A stretch of DNA of 64,000 nucleotides from Oikopleura dioica (lineage: Eukaryota; Animalia; Chordata): NCBI GenBank assembly GCA_907165135.1, contig OU015566.1:9176001-9240000 (forward strand), written 5' to 3'. Both the position numbers and the translations under genes were made by a program. Under the pieces are notes generated by a model. The model worked only from the letters and a program-made list of their open reading frames with translations, was not told the origin of the DNA and searched no databases. Positions 40,413 through 51,600 of this stretch are shown here, one piece after another. The first letter of the stretch is position 1; every line of letters starts with the position of its first letter.

Positions 40413-42411
40413 TCGAGGGACCGCCCTGAACGATGGCAATAGATTTTGTAGCCCGTGGGCGCGAGCGAGCTCCGACCTCGTTTACGCTCGGTTCGCTAAA
40501 GAAATGAGACGGATGTTTTTATGAAGCGATCCATTTTATAAAATCTCATCTCCTTGGATGCTCTTAAGAAAGCGTGGTGGAGAGATTCTTGTGAAATGAG
40601 CACATTCCAAGGTTTGAACAGATTCGTTAATAAATCTTGATCCGACGCCAGTGAGAAAACGAAGATCGATTAAAATTCTAGCGCTTTCTAAGTTGAGTAA
40701 AAACGCGCAACTAAGAGAGCACGTAGAAAAAAGAAAAACTGCTAGAAAACGAGGAAGAGGCAGAAAACGAGAGAAGAAGAACAAAGTCACCTGCATCTTT
40801 AGAAGAAAATGAGTCGAGTTGTTTATTGAGCACTTTGTTGTTTTTCATTGTTTTACGGTGCTCAAGATTCTCACGCTTCTCTTCACCAAGTCTTACAGTC
40901 GTGTTTTTACATTGAGCTTTGATCTCTTCGTTTTCAAATTAGCTTAAAAACAGTTTATTTCAATTTTTTAATTTAAAAAAAATTACGATTCTGTCTACAT
41001 TTTTTCGAACACAATTTGACCTTCAATTTCAAATTGATGATCAAAAGTTGCCATTGGAAAGATTCGTCTGAGACGTCGTTAATTAGACAGCCCGTCATTC
41101 TAATTGGCTCCATTTTCGTAAAAATGCTATTCCAAATTAGATTCTCTTCTCAGAAGCAGACATAAATGACAAATTTTTGACGAACAGACAAGTTTTCTTC
41201 GCAGAGTTCTAGATTGCCACTTGGCTCCTGCTTGCTAATAATCGACTAATGACGAGGATTCAATCAATGATTAGCATACTCCTAGGATTATCAAAAATTA
41301 AAATTGGCAAATCGCTCACTTGCCGTGTCCTTCGTTGAATAACCCTCGATCGAAGCTACTCAGTATGCGTTACTGTCTGCCCGGTTGTGCTTGTCTTCCG
41401 GATGCAGGCCAACAAGTTCAACTCAAAAAGGTCCCACGTTAAGGCCCTCTCCTTTTTATTAACTTCGAGTTCTTTGTGTGTGGCTGCCCCTTATGACAGG
41501 CCGCTCCTTGAAGCAGTCACTTAGCATTGTCACCCACTCAAGTCCCAATAGTTCTAGTAATAAACAACCCCGTCCCTTCTTCTGAGAAAATGATGGTTTT
41601 CCTTGAACATCTCTCCCTGTGTTTTTCAAATTGCCACGTAAATTTCTGCCGCACACTTTCCAAAATGAAGTTCGGCATGTTTCGAGAGCACCCTGAGCAA
41701 ATGAAAACCACTCCTTCCGATTTTGTCACTTAGGTGGATTGAATACGAAAAACATTTTTCCATGAAAAGGCTTTTTGAACTTGGACCGAGGAAACGATTT
41801 GACCATGGAAAAATATGTTCCCGACAGTTTGGCGCATATAGCCTCAATATTTTTAAATTCATGTTGGAACAATCTCCGGCCAAATAAATGCGAAACTAAA
41901 CAAGTCAAAATCATGTTCAGGCTGTGATACTTTTTTATGATAAAAGCTCTCTAAAAGCTCGAAAGACTGAGAATATATTATCGAAATATGCTCTGCCAAT
42001 TCTTTATCAGTGGCGATAAGAGGCACTGTTTACGCAGATATTTTTTTCTGGAGCCTCCTTAGCCAAAAGTCTAACTATTTTGAAAGCATTTCAAGTCTGT
42101 TCTAAAAATGCAAGTTGTACAATACAGTTTTACGAACTACAAAGGACAGGCAACAGACAAGAACTTGCCTCATGCCAATTTTATGTCGCTCTGAAAGGAC
42201 TTCAACGTGAGCAGGTTAAATGGTTAAAAGCACAATTTGTTTTCTTTCGGCGGGCGCTCCTTCAATCGAATTTATTAGTGAATTAACATCAGGTTATGAT
42301 CAATTAGGAGGCAATTTTCAAGCTGAGTTTGATTGTTGAGCAGATCAATAAATAAAACTACCTGCAGCAGATGTTTAATCCTCTAAAATGTGTTCAATGA
42401 ATTTATTAACA

Positions 42412-44146
42412 ATGTTTTTCCGTGTGTTCTTGCTTTGTTTTTGTGTTTCAGCGTTCTTGCACTGGAATCATAAGTACTGTAGGTAGTCACTCTTAATTAT
42501 CATGGGAAAGCTGAGTCACTAGAAATTGGCGTTCCGGCAGGTGTCTTCTGGGCCGAACAGAAGAGATTAAGAAGCGTTGAGTGACTCTGAATCAATTGAA
42601 ATTTCTGAAGAAGCGCAGAAGCCATTGTTGAGAATAAAATGCCAGAGTACACACCACTGCCATAATTTGTTTAAGAAAATAATCCAGAGAATCAAAACTC
42701 GAAAGGAAAACTCAAAACGAAAGCGGAAAAAAGCAAGGTAAGAGATTTTAGTGTTTACGCAACGTCAGATGCAATCGTCAGGAAACATAAGCGTTTATAA
42801 AGATTAGATTGCCTTTGTGCATGGGCAATAATCTTAAGGAGGGGGTCGACGAGAATCGGGATTTCCGTGACCAAAAATGCGGGAAAACCTGATCAGATAG
42901 GCAAAATCTGAATTTACTTGCAAAAAGAAAAGGGTTGAAAAAATTAACCGGCGAGAAGTAGAAAAAATTTTGCCCAGAAAAAATCGGTCAAAAATGCCGT
43001 CAAAGTAGGGGCATTTTCGCGAAAATGCACCAAAAATAGTCATTTTTTTTACATTTTTGTTCATTTGACCCCTTAAATCTTATTTTTATCGAATGATTTT
43101 AGGCTCAACAGATTCGTGAGGATCTGAGGATTCCAAAAATATAAGATTCAGACACAGACCATGTGTATACGCAAAATTACGATCACCTCTGAAAAAATTC
43201 TCGTCGACCCCCCCCCCTTAAGGGGCTGGGCGGGAGAATAATTCTGTGAACAGAACTATTCTGTGGAAACAGAACTATTCTGTGAAAAAACAGAACTATT
43301 CTATTTGAAACAGAACCATTCTGTTTGAAACAGAACTATTCTGTGTCGAGCTTAAGCAAAATTTACTTTGATTATGTCGTAGATAGCTTATAATACTTCG
43401 GAACTCATGTCTTAGAATGGAAAAGGATTGACTTTAGTTGGTCTTCGAATCCTGCAGCCAAAAACAATCTATAACAATTATAGTTTGTTAATAGAAGCTG
43501 AACCGAAGAGGCTATGAAGCACGCTACGGGCCTACGGCCCTTGCGCGCATTTTCTGATAGAGAACTCATTGGGTTGGCAGGGGCAGTCTTTTTCTACCGC
43601 TGGGACTCATTTTTAGCAGCAAACAACTTCTGCATTGGCAGAATAATAGTTGTTTTCGCCAAAAAAAATTTTTTTTTCACAGAATTATTCTCCCGGAAAG
43701 GGGGGGTCTTATCGTGAGAATAATTCTGTTTTTCACAGAATAGTTCTGTGCACAGAATTATTCTCCCGGTTGCCCCCCTTAAGGGGCCTCTCGGAAAGGC
43801 AAATTTTCCGGAAGGATTCAACAGATTAAAAGAGAATTTTCAAATCAACGAAATTTTTTTCATCAAAGAGAGATTGTTTAAGAAAAATCCCTTTTTTCGA
43901 CCCCTAAAATTTTTTTCCGAAAAATATTCAATGTCGTAGTGTCTCCTTAATCCCCAGGCCAAGGAAAAGCAAAAGATAAGAAAGCCCTGGGGCGAGTGAT
44001 AAGCGCTGGAAAAGCAAATAGAATTGGCCCCGAACGCGCAATATTTGTTAGTATTTGGCTTTGTGTTTTTTCGCATTTTTGCAACTTTGTTTAGTCTTTC
44101 CAAACAAAACTCGGATCATCCGTCGCCTGAAAAAGACATCAATTAG
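42412..44146 (+). CDS. Putative small secreted, basic protein
   Basis: Signal-peptide-like start MFFRVFLLCFCVSAFLHW. GT-AG-bounded exons give ..AQKPLLRIKCQSTHHCHNLFKKIIQRIKTRKENSKRKRKKA, then AG|GTAAG and a phase-matched last exon LSKQNSDHPSPEKDIN*. Internal junctions are tentative and no homology was recognised. Confidence 0.35.
42838..43217. mobile_element. TTAA-flanked Kolobok-like MITE A
   Basis: TTAA-GGAGGGGGTCGACGAGAAT ... ATTCTCGTCGACCCCCCCCCC-TTAA, with TTAA at 42834-42837 and 43218-43221. Confidence 0.75.
43222..43778. mobile_element. TTAA-flanked Kolobok-like MITE B with subterminal ~20-bp tandem repeats
   Basis: TTAA-GGGGCTGGGCGGGAGAATAATTCTGTG ... CACAGAATTATTCTCCCGGTTGCCCCCC-TTAA. 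AACAGAACTATTCTGTG-type repeats are at about 43250-43345, with inverted copies at about 43680-43760. Confidence 0.8.
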
Positions 44147-44208
44147 GAGAGAACGCTCAAAAACGACCAGAAGAACATCTAAATCAAGAAAATAATGACG
44201 AGAAATTC

Positions 44209-45349
44209 ATGAACAAGAAAACACACGCCTGCTTCTTTCTCACAGTATTTCTACTTGAGTCAACAGGTAAAAATCATTTATAAGGGAATTTTTATGGGTA
44301 AATAAAAACCAAAGAAATCTTTTTGTAAAACGACTCAAGGCCTTTTTATTATCGAAAATAAAAGAGAAAAACAATTTTATAACGAATATTTTAGTGGCAA
44401 GAAGCATCATTGGAATCGAGGGTCCAAAACCTCGAAATCAGGTCAAATATTTTGGCGAAGAAATTATCCTTTCTTGCACCAGCTATTTCGACGACAAATT
44501 GTAAGTCAGCAGATACGTATCAGACAAATCGATATGAGATCTAGATATCCCACTGTCAATGAGAAGGTCATGTAGCAACTTCCTTATTAGAAGTTCACTG
44601 AATTTCAGTGACCGAATTTAAACTTCCTCTAATTCATTTGTTACAGCACCAAATGGCCTCCAAAAATAACCTGGCTTCGCAAATTCTCCTCTGATGAGTC
44701 TCAGCTCAAGTTCAAGAGGTGGGAGCATTCTCAAATCGAAGAAGAGTGGTTCATTATTCCTCTCAATCAAAGTAGAATCGACAATCCTCATTCACCTAAA
44801 GAGAGGATCATCCATTTCGACCGCTTCAAATACATTTCTAAGGTGCGGTTTTTTTTTCATTTGACTTAATCAAATGTCTTTTTTTCAAGATCATTTTTCC
44901 GCTTTCAACGCAGGTCGAAGATGGCAGCTACGCGTGCGTCATCGACGATTCCGAAATCTTGGCCACCGCGACGGTTTCGGTTATTTCTCCGCGCAAAGAC
45001 TCTTCTCGTAAGTAGCCGAAACGACCGCATGTTTAGATTTTCAATTTTTTGTCACTGCACGCTACTGAACTTACATAATGAGCGCTTACAGTTGGCATTA
45101 CTGTGAAATTGATCGGAGCGGACATACAGTAGGCTCATTACTACGATAGTGAGAAATCCGGATACTTCAATTTACTGGCGATAATCGCATTAATTAACTA
45201 CTCATACTGTAATTAACTGCATTTAATGAGTCATTTTAGTGACTTCTACTGCTCCTGACGAAGGCCGAATGCTCGGTCCGTACATTATTCTAGCGCTATC
45301 TCTTGTCGTCCTCATATCCGCCATTTTCCTCAAATTTCGACTGAAATAA
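44209..45349 (+). CDS. Single Ig-domain type I membrane protein
   Basis: Exons 44209-44266, 44395-44500, 44647-44842, 44890-45007 and 45240-45349 are all GT-AG and phase-consistent. They give a signal peptide (MNKKTHACFFLTVFLLEST), Ig hallmarks (GEEIILSC, PPKITWL, EDGSYAC), a TM helix (YIILALSLVVLISAIFL) and a short tail KFRLK*. Confidence 0.8.
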
Positions 45350-45614
45350 AACTTCCAAATCTGTCTTCATTCTGTAAATAAAGTGACAACCAAAAGAATC
45401 TTATCAAAGATTTTCCTCTTATATCTTTTTTTTAATTAGTACTCCAAAGAAAAAAAACACGCAGAATCGATTCTTGTCAGTTCCAGTTGTGCGTTGTATG
45501 AATTATCGATTAGTTTCATCCTCCAATGGTCATCCCTCCTTAAATTAGCACATTATCTGACAGAAAGCCATAAAGAATCAGCTTCTAAGAACCGAGAGAC
45601 AGTCGTTTTCTAAA

Positions 45615-48600
45615 ATGTCCCGCCTGGTGAAATTGTTGCTCAGCTTTTTGAAGCTCAGCTCCGCGCTCAACGAGCTTTACTACGACATCTCAAAGACCAA
45701 GAAATGTGACGAGGTAAGAGTCGCGACGAGTTATGCGGCCAAAGATGATTTCTGCATTTTCGCGGAAGCATAGAAAGACTCATTTTTCTCGAAAATAATG
45801 AATAATTTGATCAATCAATTTTCGGCGAAAAAGTGCGTAAGTCTTCAATTTCGTAAGAAATTTTGCAAAAAAAACTCCTTGGCAGAGATTCTTGAGGTAC
45901 CAAATGCGTTGAAAAAAAAAATCAAGTTTGTGTAAATTCACCCTGCGCACCGGTCACGTGCGGATTTTTGCGTCAAAGCCGAATAGAACCTTTTCATTTG
46001 ATTCACACAGATCAAATTTACAATTTACCAAGTTTTATTTCAAATGATGAAAGTTCGCGATTAAAAACTAGAAGACTACGTGTACCGAACCTCTTTTTCG
46101 TGCTATCTCAATCTTTCACTTGCTCTGAGGAATTTAGCAAATTTCTTATCGCATATTATTGAGACTTGGAAACGTGGAATATTTCTTATCAGAAGCTGTG
46201 TTGTAAATCAATTCTATCGGAGTTTAAATGATTTTCCAAGCATTCAATCAAATCAAAATCTAACTCAAAAGAATGAAGAAGAAATTACGTGGCCGTATTA
46301 TTGAATTTTTACCGAATCAAAGCCAAATATTCTTTGAATATTTGACCGAACACGTACGTAAATAGTTTGGGCTTGTCATCAATTCATTAGAAACATGATA
46401 CTGTTTTTCGACGAGCTCCAAGAAAAGTGATAAGGCAATTTAGATAGAAGATATAAAGAACTTAAATTTTAAAAAGTGATTTGCGGCGTGTTATCGCCAA
46501 TTTCGACCTCCGGACAAGAAAATTAAACGAAAAATATTATTTCGGCTGATAAAAGGAGCCACTCTCGAAGATCCCCAATGGACCAAAGATTGTTTTCCTT
46601 CGCTTGAATAATTATGTTTTGAAGAAACCACTAAATCGTTAATGCCCGGCCGCTACTGTAGAAAGCTTGGCACGTTCTGTAAGGAGATTTTACGCATAAT
46701 GCGGCTTCCGCAGAAATATTCTACCGACCAGCACTTTTGGTTTTTAAATTATTACTTTGATTTTTAATTTTTATTTTTTACCTTTTTCTTCGTTTATTAA
46801 ATTAATGTTTCTTTATAATTTGAAAAAAAATAAAATATAATTATTTATTGTTCATTGCGTAATAAGTAATTACTAACGTAATGATTTTTTTTCTTGGACA
46901 TTCTTGGTACTAAGACAAAATCAAATATTTAAGACAAAAATAACAAGCGCCAACTCAAAATTCTCCTTGTAAGAATAGAACGAGCTTATTCAGAAATAGC
47001 AAAATAACATTTCGTAAGAAATTTGCCAAAAGCAATAGTGCTTCAAAACGTGAACAAATGATCTATGATTATTCTCTCTTAAATTTTACTGTAAAATTGA
47101 AAATGAAAGAAGGAAAGATGCAGATGACGCAAGAGTTGAAAGGTTTCTTGACGGATAGACGGCTGAACTGAGTGCAGCACTAGAATATTTATTTAACGTA
47201 AAGGCTCCACAATATTTTGTGTTTGTATTTTGGTCTATCTTTGGGTACGTAAGAGCGTCCCTTCTATGACTAGGTTGGAGTACTAGCAGATAGCTGTAAA
47301 TCGTAACCCAGCGCTGGAAAACCGGAAGAAACCTCCGGCAATATAAGCCGGGCGCAAATTTCCGGCCACGTATTTTTCAACTTTCCAAAAACAAAAATAA
47401 ATGCGGTCCTTTTTTGATGACTCATCTACTGCATTTGATCTCGTAATTTTGGTTCACCACTTTGGGGCACTGTCGTGGTGACAAATAACTGTTAGTGACG
47501 TTATCTAGCGCAAACAGCAATTACGACCCGTTTCAGCCGCTTTCTAACCCAAAAAGATACCACTCGTCATTATTTTTTGCAAATGGTTAAATTTTCGTCT
47601 TCCGTTTTATTTCTTGCTCCTCTCACCACCGCGATAGCCAATTTTAATCATCGCCTGTGCTGGAATTAATTGTATCCTAGATTGCGACGGAGCAAATTTT
47701 AAAAGAAGAGCTGGACCGCATGCTCGCCAAGAGGGTTGAAAATGAAAATAACGCTTTCTCTCTCTGTCTCTTGAGGCGACGAGATAGGAATTTAATTTAA
47801 AGAATATTCGATTTGTTCGTTGAAATTCATCTTGAACCCGAATATTGAAAAAATAGTTAAGTTAATCAAGTTTCTTTCTTCGAAAACATAATTTTCCAAC
47901 CTGTAAAGATCCGCGATTCTACGACATCCGCTTGCGACCATATTTCGGCCAGAGTAAGTAGCGCTTTCTGTATTAATGCGCCCTTACTGTAGGTCTTTAA
48001 CATAACAATGAACCTATCATTAAAAACTTGGCTTTAAGACATATTTTATTTTTGCTTTTTTTGATTGATCATTTTCCAAATTTAAAAATCCCTTGTCGCT
48101 TAAAAAATTCTTCCTTTTTGACAGATTGTAGATAAGGAAAGTTTATAAAGATTTCACGTGAATCACTCTCTGAGCTGCTTGGGCTAAAGTAGGGGGATTG
48201 TTGTGATAAGGTGAAGGATGTTCGTATCCAGGAGGGATTAGTAGGTGCGGCCTCCGGTTAATTTTTTGTGATAAACCAGGAAAGCGGATATGGCCTACGT
48301 AGGAGAACATTTTTCTTATGCGGTTTATTCTTCTCCTCCCTTCTTGGCTGATACACGACTTCGAGAAATATTAGATCTTTTCTTTCATAATAGAAATTAC
48401 TCAAAACCCACTTGAAAATGTCGCTTGTGGAATATTTTTGAATAAAAAAGGTGGAACAGGCAGATTCTTTTCTAAGAACTGTCACAGCTGGTATCTTCAA
48501 AAATGAGATATTCAAGAGCGAGTGAGTCAGCACGTGATTCCAAGAGAAGCTTTCTAAGAAAACATTCGCTTCGTTTTCAAACTTTCAGCTTTGAGTTCAT

Positions 48601-51600
48601 TTTTTCAAGGCCGATTGGAACGCCTATTATCGTGCAAACTCGGCTAAAAAGGCTTTTAACGGCGAGATGTTATGACAAATCTGTTCTTAGGGCGAATTAT
48701 TTAAAGGCGCCCCGAAGACAATTTTCAGATTTGACAATAATCTCTGTCAACCTATCACTTTTCTTTAGAACCGTTTAAAATACTGTATTTGCATGTTAGA
48801 AATACGCTCATTTATCCGATTTTGCGATGCGTTAATCTCGAAGTCTATATTTGCTTTTAAAATTTGATCAATGTGAAGGGGCCAAGAATTTAATGAGCCA
48901 GTGCTTGAGTAAAATGCTCGTTTAGAACTGATCACTCTTCGATCAGGGGGCCATCTCTCTGATGGCTTATAGGAAGTGGTATTTATTCGGCCAAGTTGAC
49001 GTAGCCGGCAAAATTTTCGATGAGACGCCATAGAAATTTGACTTATTTTGATCAGTTTTCAGCCTCTAAAAAATCCTTAAAAAAACATTAAAGAAAAAAG
49101 TTCAAAAAAGAATTACGTGACTATCATCAGGCCCTCATCCCTTAATATCTCGTTATCATAGTCGCCCACTACCTGGATCGATTGATAAGCGAATTTCTAG
49201 AGAACGGATCGGATGTTCCACAAAGCAGCTCTCCGTATCAATTTTCTGTACAAGAACAAAATATTAAATTTTATCGCAACCTTGCTCCTTGATAAAAGTG
49301 CTATCTTCTAGCTCGTAGGGACGAAAACGTCGACTAAGACTGATATGATGGGGCTGTTTTAGAGGCGTCTTATCATCGTATATATCGGGGGTTTATTGAA
49401 CGAAAATAGTATCATTTTGAGTTTATCACAAAAAGGTTCAAAAGAAAATGGCAATAGCGAACTTTCTTTTGATTTTAGAAAGACATCCATCATAAATTTC
49501 GAACCTATCTGCTCGCGGAAGTGCTCGATTCTAGAGCTCGATTGAGCCCGGAAAGAGACTCGAATTTCAAAAACTCTTGAATACACCGCTCGGTTTATTA
49601 ATTGTTCGGATCAGAAATTTATCCAGTAAGACTCCTCCTCGATGCAAACTTTTGATGCGTTGAGTTGAACCGCTTTTTTTGGCTGCACCTGAGTGAATAA
49701 GAAATATTTGGGAAACAATTTCGGACCGGAAATTATCCCCTTATCTTCTCATCTTCTTCGCCCTTCTAAACGCGGGACTGAATAACCTCAAGGCGCGAAA
49801 AATGATCCGGTTCTAGCTCATCCTACCCGCAATACAGGAATACCGAGTTCTTATCGCATAAAAAACTGCTATCTGATCCTAGATCTAATAGATAAGACAT
49901 CGTAATTTCCTGATACTTGCTGCCCCATTTCATAAAAAAACGGATAAGCAATTATTAAATAAGCCAATAAGAAATCTTTCTATTTCTCCAATTTCCTCCA
50001 ATCAAAATCACTGCTGTAAACCATTATTTCATCAGTGGCGCTATTAAATGAAAATTCGACCAATCAGCAAACAGTGAATTTTAATAAAGCGCCATCTATC
50101 GACTTTATTTCCTGCCCCCATCAGATCCGTGTTAGTATAGTGGTGAGTATTCCCGCCTGTCACGCGGGCGACCGGGGTTCGATTCCCCGACACGGAGAAC
50201 TTTTTGATTTCATTTTTATTAAAAATTATCAAAAATAAAAAGTTCCAAGTTAGAATACTCGGTTCAGGAAGAAAAGCCAAAATCTCAGATAACCGAGCAA
50301 GCGCCAATCGCATACATCCTGAACACACGATAAAGCCCTTTATCTTCCCCCTTCTTTGACACAAGGTCACTGTAGTAAAATCGCGTTTTTAGATGAATCA
50401 GTCGATGTTGGAATTGGAATCGACGTTGCGCAAATCGACGATGTCTCGGAAGTGAACATGGGTCAGGGTTGCCCGGACGCGGATGAGTTTGTAAAAACTC
50501 GAACTTCCGACTGGGTCAGGGGATTATCCTTCGGTTCAGGGCAACCGTGCGGTAGATTTCCAATTAACTCTTTACTTCCAGCAATCGTGGATCGATCCGC
50601 GCCTCAGGAATGAGTTTTCTCAAAGGATACCCTTATTTCTAGGCTTGGAAACATGTGTGAGTCACAGTTCTTAAAGGTCTTTAATAAAATTAAAAATAAC
50701 CTCAAATGAGATTCACGCCTGGAACAGTCAACTGTTCAGTCAACCTGGATTCCCGCGTGATCGACAACATCTGGCTTCCAGACATCTACTTCATCAACGA
50801 CAAGAAATCATTCGTCCACGATGTGACTAGGCCCGCGTTTAAAACAATTTAATTCTGACGGATGGGCATTTTCAATGAAGATGTATTTTTTACCAACGCG
50901 CGCGGAGAAAGAACCGGATGATGCGGCTCTATCCGGATGGACGCGTGATGTATGGACACGGGCGGAGATGAATTTTAACTTAGTCCTCTTTTTCGAAAAA
51001 TGACCTTTTAGACTTGTTTTTTCAATGATTGAGCAAACGGGAAACGCGCAAGTTCCGTAAAAGAAGACCACGCTCAAATAGAATGTGATCCAGGGCATTG
51101 AACAAGTACCTAAGCTTCCCCCCAATTTGAAAACCCTCTAATTTTCATCCTTTTAGGCGAACAAAACCACATTATTATTATCCCGCTGCGATTTTGCAAT
51201 CGGCCGGCCACAAGTATTCGTGGCGACATTTGTCTTAGTACTCGTTTACAAATTGTTTTCACGGCAAATTCGAGATTGACAATTTCACCTTGTCAACGAG
51301 ACTGACGATGTCACGATCAAATCGTCAATTTTGCCAATTAACGTATTTATTACGACATAACGACTCGAGAATCCAGAACTGTTCGAAAATCAATTTACTC
51401 CAATAACAAACTTTTGCAGAATCAAAAAGTTTCAAGTTTTTTTGAAATTTTTCTTCAATAATTTATTTTTCACGCTCTTTCATCCCTTTCCCACGGCGAC
51501 GTAAACAGGAAATTGTCCTAGTTTCACCCAATCAATAATTTTATGATAATCTGACGGGTAAATCCCTTTTAAGCAGCTATTTATCCGACAATAGTCCGAC

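Noticed and set aside
44690-44720. CTGATGAG as a hammerhead ribozyme core (also near 32130 on the minus strand)
   Set aside because: No GAAA follows a stem II, and the 44690 copy is in a coding exon.
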